Of a stretch of 64,000 bases of DNA, positions 37,538-51,162 are shown in pieces (the first letter of the stretch is position 1; each line of letters starts with the position of its first letter). Under the pieces are notes generated by a model. That model made no database searches. It was given only the letters and a program-made list of their open reading frames with translations, and was not told the DNA's origin. The DNA is taken from NCBI GenBank assembly GCA_036172245.1, contig JAYWIR010000002.1, forward strand, positions 930,001 to 994,000. Direction: 5' to 3'. This stretch comes from Raillietiella orientalis (Eukaryota). The position numbers and the translations under genes are program-made.

Positions 37538-38653
37538 TATGCTAATGATTTATCCTTTGAAATGTTCCATCGCAAAGAAATTAGCATATCGGATTGAGGC
37601 AGCGCTGCTCGGAGTTCCCGGCCATAATTTATCCTTTCCCGTCACTGTTGAACCATCCAGGAAAAGCTGACAATAAGCATAAGACAAAAGGGAGCGATGC
37701 TTTCTCATCTAGTCAATGTTTGCTTCCAAGCATCGATAAGACTGGCTGATATGGGAAGGGGTACGAAAGTCTTTCTAATGGGATGCAAAGTATGCAAAGA
37801 TCCGTTACGTTGCCGTGGCCTGGTCGATTCTTAATCGACCCATTTGCATAACGCTCACAATTAAAGAAAGGACTGATATCGTGAAAGGCATGGCTGGAGC
37901 GGTAGGCCCTGCCTGAATGAGGGTGAAGGGAAAGGGGGGCGGGGAGGGGGAGAATAAAATAAAATAAAACGAAAGCGCGCTTGTTTATCCTACCCTTCCT
38001 GCTTCCACGTTTCCAATGCCCTCCCCCCTTCTCTCCTCTCCGTTCCGAGGGGAAGAGAAATGGATATATACTTTTGCATTTTGCATCGAGACAAAACAAC
38101 AACAACAACAGCAAAAAAAAAAAAAAAAAACAAAAGCGAAAAATTGTGGGAAAAATTGCGACGCTCATAAACGACGTGTTGTTTCGCCGGAAGAATCTTT
38201 GCATGCACTTTCATTCATCCTATGGGAAAAAGCACGGAAATTTGCATAGCTCAACCCTTTCTCAGAAGATCCGCTGTGCACAGCAATCAATGGGGAACAC
38301 TCGCACAGTTATCAGAGGTCGACAGTCGCGACTTTTTCTCATCCCTCTCCTTCCTTGATCGAAAGCAATTCATTCGCGCCCAATTGCAACTGCATCCCAG
38401 TGAAATTCAAATGATGTCCTGGGCCGGTGTATGCAAGAATTCGAAGCGCAAATTTGCATACGGACAACAGAAAAGAATAAAAAAAAAAAAAAAAAAAAAA
38501 AAGGAGCTGCTCAATGCAAAGCGGATAAATCTGAATATCTTGAAGTATGCAAATGACGTCCTTTGTAAAAATCGTTCTTAAGAACGCATTGAAAACTCTG
38601 TGGGAAAAGGAAATCCGCTCTGTCGCCCTGCATTCTGCAGCCCTTTATGGGAA
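37538..38653. promoter_or_regulatory. Putative enhancer: POU-octamer and Su(H) site cluster
   Basis: Perfect octamers at 37842, 38240, 38452 and 38547. ATGCTAAT variants at 37539 and 37580. TGTGGGAA at 38145 and 38599. Confidence 0.6.
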
Positions 38654-41600
38654 CGAGAGGTTGCTCGGAGTTTCCAGGCGGTGGAGGAACGCATCCCAGC
38701 CTCGCACGTTTTTCTTCTTCCCCTCTTCTTCCTCCCTCCTCCTCTCGATGTGAGTTCCGTCCACAGTCGCATTGAATCCGAGCCGTGCGCTAACAAAAGC
38801 CCGAAGGCAGCGCGGAGACAAAGAGACTCGATCCAGTTAGAGCGCAAAAAGGTCACTCCAGCACGGATGCATCGGAACCCTTCCACGCAGCGAGCCTTCG
38901 AGCGCACCTACCGAGCCGAGATCGGTCGAGATGGACCGGCTTCCAGCTAGGAGGAGGCCTTTCTGCCCGTCCGTCCTGCCTGGAACGCCCGTCCCGATCT
39001 GCCTGCGCGTTTTTACGAACCGCCATCGGTGCGCGCGCGCCCGCTGATGTGAGAGCTTCACCTCGGACGTGCTAATCGAACACTTGTCCGCGTGGTCACT
39101 CGTTCCTAGACCGAAAAAGTTTTTTCGCAACTGCAATCAGCTGACCTCATAATTGCACGGTCGTGGAAGGTTTTTGCTAGGGAGCGTCGGATGATGATGG
39201 GCAAAAAAGCAAAACAAAGCAACAGCAGCAGCAGCACCAACAACAACAACAGAAGAGGGAAAAAAAAGATGAAAACTTCGGATTCGCTGCCCATGGCGCG
39301 ACCGGGAAATTCCTGACGAAGCACTGTGATGCTGAGTGCTTCTGGAAGAGTTATCGGGTTGCCGCTGCGAAGCGAAACCTCATGCAGGAGAAACTCGTTG
39401 GGGACCAGCGCTTGCCTGCAGGACCGAAAGAGCAGGCGGGCAACGAATGGGGTGCGTTCCTTCGCCTCTCCGGTCATCAGTGGGCAGAGATGCCTTGGAA
39501 GATACAGGCTCAGCAGCAGCGGTCCTTCGAGGAAGACGACGCGCGATCCGTGTCTCACTGCTCCGCAAGCAGCGCGGCAGCCACGCCCCCCACTCATTAT
39601 TGCGGGTCTGAAATCTCGCGGGGCCGCGCCTCACGCCATCCAAGTGACAACGAACCCATTCCCCTTGGACGAATGGGTCAAGACGCATCCAGGGGAAACT
39701 TCGCGCCAGGCTGCTCCTGTCCCCCTTGAAAATGAGCCCGTGGAATTCCTGCAGGAGCCTCCGGCTCGTGTCCAAAGGCACCTTCGTTCACTGCGACTCA
39801 AGGATGACCGCATGTTCCGGAAGACAGCAGAACGTATGGTCGCAGAGCATGAGCGGTAGAGCTAGGATTTACTGTACTGTGCTCAAGGGCTTCTTACCAG
39901 ACCTCCAGGATCCAACTGGGATATCTGCTGCCAACACAAAGATCTGCTTCCGAGGAGGGAGATCAAGGGGAGTTCTCGTGCACATGCTTCCTCGCTCTCC
40001 GTGAAGACCATCCTCATACTCATCGGATACCTGAGGGAAATCAACTGCCCTTCCGGCACCGTTAGTGTGCAGGGACGCCATAGGCATAAACGGTTCCTCG
40101 ACAGGACAAGTTTCCAGGAAGACTTAGTAGAAGTCTGCTCCCACGGCACAGAAGTCCCTCAGGTTTCAGGTCCTCACGTTCTTCTAGATTGGAAGATTAA
40201 GCCACGTCCCCCTTGCAGATGCGGGAGAATTTCATTTAGGAGGAGAAGGTAGAAGGACAGAATGAAATGCTGGCCTGAAAAGTGAAACCAAAAATGAGAG
40301 CAATAGGAAGAAAAGAGACAGCTGGACGTCTCTCTCCAAGAAGATGGGCTCGGTCTCAAGCATCACGCTGAATGCTGACTTCATCGGAAGGCCAATCTCT
40401 GCAGCAAGAGATTTGTCGCTTTCTTTCCATCAGTCAGAAGCGATTACTATACAGAGATGGTTCGAAATCAGAAAAGACAGATGCTTTCGAAATTACACCT
40501 TTACGATGTTTAATTACACGGCAAAGCCGAGGCTGAAGCGCGCTTGACCATGGAGTCTTTCCAGCGCAAGGGCGCGTTGCGTGTCAAAAGTGGATGAGGA
40601 GGAGGGTTCGCCTTGCACATAAGAGTGGTAGTTGCGAGTAACGGATCTCTTTCAAGCCAGAAGATGCTTCTCTCTCACCGTTCACACAGGTGAAGACAGG
40701 GATTCTTCGCACTGTTCAACATGAAGGATCATGCGAGAGCTGGTTGTTGATTACCTGGGGCTCGAACAATGTTATCCTGGAGAGTTTCGTCCCCCCAAAC
40801 TCTGCCCCCTCATTGTTTTTTGGAATGATGGAGTTGCGACGTCCGAGGCTGTCAGAACAATGTGAGAGGATTGTGCCACGGAACCAAGAAGAGGTTCGCC
40901 AGCGGCATTTCCGAGTCGCAACTTTCGACCTGCTCTCCGAGCGAGGTTGTCGTTGTAGAGGGTTTCTTTCTGTGCTCGCTCAAGAAGAAGGTCGTGGTGA
41001 AGTGAGCGGGATGCCAAAAGTCAGTTCTCGCTGTTCCTCAGAGTGCCAACCGGATCACACGTCGGTTTAACTGGCCCTGCGTCACATGGACGTGGTCCAT
41101 GTTGTCGTGGACTGCATCCACGCGTGTTTACCCCCTGTTTAATCGCTCAGCATTATGACGTTTCTGGTAATAAACTCTCGCGAGGCGTCCTCCGTGGGAA
41201 GCGACATCCTTGAGAACCAAAAGGGGTGGGTGGGAAGAACAACAACAGCAGAAAGGAAAGCAAAGGACTTCAAGAACCTCAGAAGCGCTCTCTGAGAAGG
41301 TTCGAGAACATCCCGGGGTGAAAGTGGATTTCGGTTTTCCTTTTTCCGGAGAATGATATGCATTCGTCATCTTCCAAAACAAAGATCGAGTTGAACGTCC
41401 TCGCACTTTGTTCCCATGCGTTGTCACGTGCGCTAATTAGTAAAAAATATACGAGGTTTCTCATGCGTGTAATTTCTCCGGGAATCTCGTCGCGTTACGT
41501 GTAATTTCCTCGATTCCGTCCGGAGCATTACTGATTACATCTCTGGATTGACCAGAGAGCGGATTTGGGATGAATCGCTAACGAACCCTTTGGAACTTTC

Positions 41601-44600
41601 GGAGAGACGATGCGTCAAGAAGACTTCGAGGGGAACGAAGGGAGGAAGGTCCGTTTGCGAATGAGCCAGGTAGGTCCTCAAGCGTCAAACCCTCCCCCTC
41701 GCCTCACATCCGCACCAAGTGAGATGAGGTGAGTCAAGTTTTCTCCTTTTCTTCTAATCCTTTTTTTCCGAAAGGCTTTCGGCAGCTGTTCCAGCTTCTT
41801 CCTGTTCGGTCTTTGCTCTGGGAGCAGCAGAAGCCTGATTTCTGAAGCCCTGGGTCTGCTCATCCGCACTTGTATGCCCTCTCCGTCTCTTGCGGTGAAC
41901 AGGTAATCACGTGGTCTTCAGGGTGCATGAGCATGCCGTTCCGGATGCATGCTTGCATCGCTAACAAAGAGCTAAAGAGAAGACTTCCTATGCAGAACAG
42001 TTTCCAGGCCTCGTCACTCCCACACTCTCTCTTGGATGCGCCATCACAGCACGCTTCAGCACACATCTGGAAAAGAAGCGAGATTTTGCTAGCCACCTCA
42101 CTGAAGAGCGGCTTGCGAGCTCAAGTACTGACCGATGGAAGAGAGCCCATGAAGACACCTAACCAGTAGCGGGGGCAACAACCTTGACCAAAGACCTTCC
42201 AGCGAGGGAACTTTCCGGTGTCCACTCGCATTCGCCATCAACTCCGTAATCTTGCACAAGGACAACTCAACGGTGCAGAGAACGCCAAGATTTGTCCTCG
42301 ACAAACACCAAGCTGAGCAATCTGTTGAGATTCGCGCGACACAGGGACAGAGTGATGCATCTTTCGGCTATTACGAGACTGTCGAGGCAATAAAGAACAG
42401 GAAAAAAAAAAAAAAAACGGAAAGGAGGAAAGCTACGAAAGCAGAGATGCATCCGTGGACTGCAGCACAAGATGCGCTGCAACCAGACCAGAGACGTTCG
42501 CTTGCAACTTCGTGGATCCATGCTCTTCCGCATTGTCGACGGATAGCTGAGAAGAACATCATTCATGCACCTGCACAAGGGTGCTTTTGCGAAGCATCCT
42601 GGCTTCTTGGACCGCGAACTAATAAATTTTCCCTTAACGAAAACTGAATCATGCTTTAATCAGGAAGAGATGTCGAAAAGGGAAAAAAAATCGTGCCTTC
42701 AGGTCAGTCATACTAACCGCATAACTCTCAGATGCCGAAAAGGAAGAAAGGGATGTGAAATAGTGCATTGGCTGGAAAAAGACCCGTGTGTTGAGACAGG
42801 TCTGTTGCTGAAAGGCACACGAAAGGAAAAAAGGCTGCAGAAGTATCCGCCTTAATAGCAATATGGGAAGATCCGTTCCGACGACAAAGTAGAAGCAAAG
42901 CATCGTTCATAATCGAGAATTTTCAGAGGCACTGAGAAAAATACAGGAAGGAAGCTACAGAAGTAAATTGCACATCGACTTGGGAGCAGAGCTCACAGGA
43001 GAACCACTGACAAGTAAATAGCCGCATCTTCATCAATCGGAAGCTGCAGAGTACTCTGATTTTTGAAAAAGGTGTTAGATGGATGAAGCCAAACGGAAAA
43101 GAATGCGCCTTCAGTATTTCGGAAGAGGTGTCGGGGCATGGACGAATATCTCAAAAGTAGGTCAAGATTGGTGACAATCGCAAGCATCTTATCATCTGAA
43201 CAGTATCAAACTGAAACGTTCGACCATTCGACGTTTGAAAAACAAAGACTCGAGGCTAGGAGCGTATCCAAAGTGTGACCATGGAAAATACTTGACCATC
43301 CATGCTAGTCTAATGAAAAGTCATGGTGATGTGGTTCACTTAGGTTTCATTTCAATCTTTGGCTTCTTCACCGTCAAAGAACTCCCAATTACTTTGCGAA
43401 TAATATATAAAATGCTAACGGATCTAGAGATGTGTGTAAACAGAGGATGCATATGATTTTCCCTGAGAAGCCCATTGGAGAACCGCAAAAGAGTCTGAAA
43501 AATCTCACTTTGCATGCATCCTGTCAGTGATGTAATCAAATTAACAGAATTTGGATGCTACTCTCAAGAAAGCTTTGGATTGATTGGAGCGGTTGCAATC
43601 ACTCATCGTGGGCTGTTTACACAGGATGGAGAAACTCAACGAATTCATGTGATGCTTACGTTGCTACGTATGCACATGAGACGAATTTGTTGTATAGCTT
43701 CAGAGTGGTTTATTGACCCTTAATGTTTACATCTTCATACAATGGTTGCGGCAGAAGATAAGGGCAGAATCAGGTCCTTGTTTTTTGCTCCCCTGCAGTG
43801 ATATTCTCTTGGATAAGTAGGCAACATCATCTTTAGCATGGCGACTGGCGATTACCATTACCTCTCTCCCAGTCAAAGAAAGCGTGTGTCCAGTTGTTCC
43901 TTCAGAAGTCTCAATTATAGACGGAAGGATGCAAAGAATGGAAATTCCTAAATTTCTTAAATATTCCAGAGTTTCTACTGAATAGTGACGAATTAATTTT
44001 GTGGAAAAGGCAACTTTACAGTGTACAGGTGGTTCTCTCATCACACGTTTGACAGGAACAATACGTGATTAAGAAGAATTTGTCTCGTACGCAAGATTCC
44101 ACAATTTTAAGAATAAAGATGCTGTAAGGATTCAGAGCACCAGATGGAATCTCAATCTTCAAAGACTACTCGGCCAAAGGATGGTAAGTGGGTAAAAAAT
44201 CTAAAGAGAGAAAACAGTGGAGTAGCACTGATGCTTTTGCAGGTTATCTTTGTTAACAGTTGGATTTCGAGGATAATAAAATTGATTCAGAAGACAGACA
44301 TACGAAACGCTGGTCCACGAATGGACAAACACTCGAAAGTAAACGATGCTACTTATCGCATTCTTCTACCGATTTGCTAAAATCTCTGCAAAGCAATTCC
44401 ATCTGGGAGGCAGAGAATGTTGGGAGAACTAGAAATGGATTCCAAGATGAATCACATTGGAAGGGTGGTGAGAAAAGATGTGCGATTTTACAACGTGATA
44501 CGAGAGTGGTCATGGAGAATTGCTGTTTCCGTGAGAGGAAACTGAATCAGCACATGCTTCAGTAAGATGAGTTTACTTAGGTCCTTTGGCTTATAACAAA

Positions 44601-47600
44601 ATGGTAATCCTCAATGAACTGTGGGGGCAGGATGTCTGATGTAGTGTGATTATCATGAAACCCCCTCCAATCAGGAGACAAGCTGCCCGACGTGCCATCC
44701 TTGTGAAACCAGAGTGACTTTGCCAACCACGTCATACGTGTGGATGCTCCAGCTTGATGATGCAGGTGTCAAGAGTAAGATCTGAGCTGAATAAAATCCA
44801 AAGTGGGTGAGGAAAGCAAGTTTCACACCTCTTGGATGATGCGATCCATGGAATTCGTGAAAGCAAAAGTCGTTTCGAAACGCAGGCATGATGCATTTGC
44901 TAAGCAACGCAACTCACAATGAGCTACTGCTTTTCCCGTTCAGGGAAACCGAAGTCTTTGTCTGGGAATCAGAACACCATGTTCAGCATTCCTCGCGTTT
45001 TCGTCAAGAAGAAGGTTGCGAGAATAGAAAGTCGTCAGGTGGAGTTCAGGAGTGGACGCGAGCTGTCACTGGAAATTGGAACCACCCTCAAGAATTAGTT
45101 TTCCAAGCAAGGATTCGTTACAGGTGAGTGCTTCTCAGGAAGGGAATCGGACAAACCGGCAACTCTTCCTTGCAAACTAGCTAAAGGGCAGCGAACGGGT
45201 CCCCTGCATGGGGCAGAGTAGCAGCAGATTTCGGAAAGCACAGGAGAAGATTCTTGGACGTACCAGGATTCGCTTGCTGAAGAAAATTCCTTCTCCGTTT
45301 GCTTGTCCGGCAGAATGTTTCTAAAAAAAGAAATATACAAGCAAAGGGGATTCTAAGAAAGTCTGAGAGAAGACGGAAAGCGAATCGGGGAGTAGGAACA
45401 ACGCTGAAGACTTTTCGATTTCGAAATGAGAATGAAAAGAGATTGATTCATCTTGAAGAATCCCTGCCCTTCTAACGAGCTCGATCATTTCTTATTATGC
45501 TTATTAATCTCGGCTGATTAGTGTGATGAGGTTTGAAGCAAACGAATTTCTGATGCCTTATCAGAAAGTGAGTTCTTTTTTTTTTTTCTTCTTTTCTCAT
45601 TCCATGTGTTATCTCTTTCGTATCCGGTACACTTGCGTGGGCTTTACAACAGGCAGTTGCCACGAGACCTGCTTCACTCACAGATAGACTTTATGTAGCT
45701 GATTATTACTGGGGAACGTCGGCACATTTCTTGCCATTCCTCAGCAGCAACACAGCAAAGTCTGTCGGCACACCATGAAGTCGTCTCTTTCTGTTACCAC
45801 CTTCCTTTGAAGAAAAAGAGCTGGTGAATTCTGATTCAAAACACGATGGATGGATTCCATAGTGTTTTCTTGAAATGCCTATCAGAATACTGTTCCGCGT
45901 TTTTGGAACACTTGCCTTCCCAGCTCTCTCCAGAAGCTGGATGAAATCTGACACAGAAAGCAAGCTGGAGAATAGATTTCTCAAAGATATAAAGATGGCG
46001 GAGAGGTGCAGGATACCAAGGCGATGCTGCGAACATTGGAACTTCGGATGGAAGAACTCATGCGCAAAAAACACATCGTGATTGCATCCAACGGCTTCGG
46101 TAAGCTTCTGGGAATCCTGATTTCTTAATGTTTTAACGAGCCACGGAACAAGTGTGTCTTGAGCTTACTTTATTGGAATTCTGTCATTTTTTGCCTTGTC
46201 CCAGACAAAGGGAAGCCCACCATTCGAGATTCCGAAGTTTACTCAATATGTGCACCCATCCGAAAATGGCCGAAACTCTCTGTTTGGATGCAGCGTGTGA
46301 TTTAGAGTTCGTGATTTCGATCTAAAGCAAAACACGAAATAAAGCACAAGAAGCGCTTCTAGTGCTTTGCGGCTATTTATTTAGAAAAGGGCTCGTATGG
46401 TTTAGTGCTCCATGATGTAATCACTCTTGTGACCACAAGAAAGATGGAAAGGAAACGCTAGGATGAGGACAGGGTGCAAACAAGTCCTTGCTGAATAGTA
46501 TTCAGCCGTTATCTTTTTGATCTAGATGTATTCCTGGTGCTGTGTGCTGATCAAGAGCAGCGATATTTCAGGTACATTTGTGATCATGATATACGGAAAA
46601 GAAAAGATCGGTTCACGTTTCTGAGAGCAACCATTTTCCGAGGCGAAGGCTTGCGTTTTCTTTCGTCAGGAATCTGCACAGATGATCGGTAAAGTGCTTG
46701 TTTGCGCGCACAACCCAAGGAGCTGTGACACTGGAATGATAAGAGAGAAACTTTCAGTGGGAGGCTTGGCGAACAGGGAAGCAGAGAAAAGCAGAGTTGT
46801 AGGACGCCAGAGCCGCACTTCAGCGTTATGGAACTATTTTGAGGGTTCTCTGGAGCAAACGCTGTCCAACACACGGGGAAGTTTCCGTCTGACTGTGCCG
46901 ATCGGAATGGAGGACAGAGGACTGCACCGAAACCGCCTGGAGCATCATCTGAAGCAAACAATAGTCACCCTGATTGTGGCCGTGGACGAATAATTCACAC
47001 AGCAGCTGCTTGCTCGGTTTTAGAGCCATTCGTTTCTCCGAGCGAGGATCCAGGCAAAACCTTCCAATGATTCCTCAGCTCAGAAGGCATCCCGTAATTC
47101 GGAATTTGGAAGATGATCTCGGAAGACACGATCATCTATGACGTCCCTTCCCGAAATCATCAGTTCAAGAAAACCATTCCGTTAATCGTTCTCTGAAGCT
47201 GAAGTCCATGCTGCTGACCTCCAAAGCCAAATTCAAAAGACCCTGGATAAATTTCAGTACTCCGAAAAAAAAAAAAAAAAATTCCTCGTTTCCTTGTATT
47301 TCGGAAGAAAGCGTTTGTTTGGAAGATTCGAGACGATTGATGCATGCAAAAGAGCAATCCTCATTTTCACGCGTCTCTTGAGCACAGTTGGTGATTGGGA
47401 GCCATTTCAATTCAAGAACGGATACTCTTCCAGCATGGACAGAGGTACCGTCAGCGGTATGCGAATCTGAATCTGAAATCTTGCGATTCTCTTCTAATCC
47501 TTCTGCTTTCCAGAAAGAGTTTCTAAAGTCGTATTCTTATTTGACCCAAGCAGTTCTGGTCACGGTCTTGTTAGTTCTCAAAACGGGATGCCGTACAGTC

Positions 47601-50600
47601 GAGACCTGTAAAGTCGTCACTGTGGATCTCCCACACGTTCACGCCCTTGATGAGCAGCTTCAAATCTTAGAGAACATTAAGCAGCCTTTCCTTATGTTTC
47701 CTAAAGATGGCTTCCTAACTGTCATTTTTTTTTTTTTTTTTTATTTACTGTTTTTCTGGTCAGCATCCTTTCTCGAAAAATCTCCTTAGAAAGCCTTTTT
47801 TTCGGGTTTCATCTTCTTTGTTGACAGCATTGGCCTGTCCTGTAATTAAGGATGATTTAACTTTTTGCAAAGAATAAAATGGCCCTGTAACATTGCAATT
47901 CCGAAGTATTCTTTCCCTTCCCCTCTGTCTTGCTGATTTTCTTTTTTTGATTTCACTTCGATGAACTCCTAATAAACGAATGGTCGAGGCGAATTTTCTT
48001 AAAACTTTGTATCATTCACCCTTCCAGCTATTAAATCGCTCTTGCTCATCTTAGGATACGATTCATTTGCTTGCTGTGCGCCTTGCATTTCAACCACTAT
48101 CTCAAGAAAATCTCGGATGCACGTATCTTCGAAGGGCATCAGAGTTCCATTTTTCGTGATGTCGGCTCGACTGTCGATGCATTCCGCTTCAGATTTATCA
48201 CGGGAAGCTGCGGAAAGTCAATCAGGAGCTTTCATTGATGCTTAATCTCTTCTTGTGTTCTCGAACGAGAGCATTTTCTGGAGAGCGCCTTCGTGTTACT
48301 TTGTCCTGCCTCCTTCTGCTCCCAAATTGGCAAAAAAATAAGGCCTTCGGAAATGGGGGGTGGGGCTCGTGGGTTTCCCGCGATGCTTCGGATTATTTGG
48401 AGGATCTGGAATGTTAAAACGAACCCAAAGTTTTTATTGTTCGCTTCGATTCGCCGTTAGCATTCCTTATGATTTCACTTGAGATGCAAGTCGAATTCGA
48501 GGAACCTGAATTGCAGCTTCCCTTCTCACAGCAACCGTTCCGAGAAGATTATGCTCCGTCTAAATTCGGAAGGCACTCTTCGTTGCGGTTTTCATCCTGC
48601 ACTTTCCTTGTGATTAATTTAGAGAGTTCGGTCTTTGATCCCACACTGCAGACGAGGTCGGACGGATCAGGCCGATTTTCTGACCATCTCGCGACCAGCT
48701 CATCGTCCACATCTATTGGAAAGTGTTGGTGCAGCCCCCACACGCGTGGTCCGACACGTTCGTTCCGATTGTTCCTCTCGGATGTCTTCGTCTCAGCGTC
48801 ACCGAAAAAATACGCGAAGGTGATTGCAAGCCTCCGTCCTCCCTGATCCGGAGATCACTTCTGGATGCTGTGGGCTTGATAAACATGGATGTGGAAATGA
48901 ATGCAGCTTCAAGGTTGGAACTTCACAGAGCATGGGATCAGTTCACTTGAAATCTGGGGTTGAGCTGCGGTGGCTTCCTCATGCCAAAAGGATGCAAGGA
49001 TTAATCTAAATCTACTGTTTGTCAGAGCAGAGCTCGTGGCTCCAGCCGATCATGCAGTGCAGAGCGGGGAAACTTTTGCTCTGACTGGATGATCCAAGAG
49101 CCGTGGAGCGCTGGAGCTTCAGCCCGTGAGCGCAGGCAGTTCGAAGTCTTTGTTCCACGGCTGTGGGTTGACGGGATGAATAGCCGCGAGAGTTCCAGTT
49201 TCCGAGCACCACTTACGATACTTTGATTGCATGAGAAGCATGTCGGGAGATCAATGTTAGAAACAGTGTTCGTTGCCAATACACGAGCCCATAAACTAAG
49301 ACAAAAACTTGGACGTAAGCGTCAGCACCACACAGACAGAAAGCATCAAATGAAAAAAGCATTTTTCCCATTTCAGAGCAAAGGAGGGGTGCTCAGAATA
49401 GACCCGCGCTTGCACCGCGGTGCGTTAAACGTCTCGTCAAATAGAGAGGAGATAGAAGGAATCCATACTGCTCTCATTATGCTATCTCTGGAGAAATGAG
49501 AAGGCACTCTGGACGAGTTGAACTGAACAGGAATGGACTGTCCAGAGTGGATGCGGGATGCGGGAGTTTGCTGGAACTTTGAAAATGCACTTGACGTCAG
49601 TCCAAATAGGGAACGTCACGTCTACCTTTGTAGATCAAGGTGGATGTGCGTCAACTCTGAATCGACGTCGTCCATTTAAGAAAAAACTCGCTTATTCATT
49701 CTAAAAATTGGAGCCTTTTTTTTTTTTTTTCATTATTATTATTTTAGAAAACAGGGAAGAAATTTCGTGTCTGCGTATCTCCCATTTGCCTTCCGTTATC
49801 TAAAGGTCACAGATTGCAATGCACTGAAAAAAAAAAAGGAACAGAATCTGGAATCTTTTGAAGCGAAGCCTAGAAAACAAGAGGGATGCAAACAAGAGTC
49901 TGTTGCTACGAGATCCATCTCGTCTTGGAAATAGAACCTGCATCGAAACCAGGCAGGATTCTGCCACCACATATCTCCAGAAGTCGAGACGCATCTCTCA
50001 TTGGTATTTCTTGAAGCACACACTGCTGGTGGTGACTCGCATGCCACCAATCAAAATGGCACTGGTGGTTCGAGCTGAGTGAACTCAGATCATCGGGAAA
50101 AGCAGTACAGGTTGACAGAAATGACCGTTCCTTTTCAAGCCGTGTAGGTCAAACGCTGCTGGCAGTCGATCACTTTGATCATTTTCAAAGCATGGTGCCT
50201 GAGAGCGTTTTCAAAGAGGGAGACCAATCCACGTTCCGAGGTGTCGGAGACGGGATTTCTGACCGGTCTCCAGGGCCACTTACTCGTCGGGTCCGTGCGG
50301 CGCTGTGCATGGTGTTTCCATGCACTGCCGAGTCCCTGTGGAGTCCCGGAACGTTTCTCGAACCGGTCGCTGCGAACCTCGAACCCGCAAGAGCTCGAGC
50401 GCACAGCGCCATCGCCCATCCATCTCCCCTCATCCTGTGGCTTCGCTGGGGTATCCAGGAGTGCTTTCTTGTCGTTGTCTTTTCACACGTCCTTTGTAGC
50501 TTGTGGGGAGCGACCCGCCTACGTGTGTGTGTGCATGTGTTTTTCGTTACATTCGATCGTGCGTATCCCCGGTGGAGATCGTTTTATTATCATCTCAGGA

Positions 50601-51139
50601 TGAATCACTCGTTTTTCAAATGGCGCTCGCATCCACTGCTGAAAGACCATATGTGAAGTGATTCGCTAAAGACTCAAAACTGTAAAAACTCGAACTGCTG
50701 ACAGCCCAGAAATATAGAATTCCATTAGTTACGCGTACTCCTCCGAGTTTTAATGCAATCCAACAAGCTTTCATCTTTCCATTAATAACGCGCAGAATCG
50801 TGTTCTCCTCCAGAGGGTGGAAGGCGCGCCGGAGTTCATTTGCGACCGTTCGGTGTGTGTTGTGTAGCCAGGGGATGTTTGGGATTGTGTGCACGTGATT
50901 TCGAAGTCAGCCCGAGGAAACTATGTCATAACTTTTGGTGCTTATTGGGAGGACACACCGTTCTTCCCTGACGCGTTCCTCGCATGAGCGCGATGACGCG
51001 CAATTATACCCTTTCTCCGATAATCCCGAAAATTGAAATTTCTCCATTGGAATCGCGGAAACCCTTTTTGGTGTTCCCCTGTCTCGAAAACAAGGGAACT
51101 CCCGAAGAACAACCGGACCGCTCATTACGTTTTTCGTGC

Positions 51140-51162
51140 CGCGCGCGCGCGCGCGCGCGCGC
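51140..51162. repeat. (CG)11 dinucleotide repeat
   Basis: Read directly from the sequence. Confidence 0.95.

Noticed and set aside
50350..50420. GGTTCGA B-box-like motifs suggesting a tRNA or SINE
   Set aside because: No A box at suitable spacing and no cloverleaf pairing could be built.
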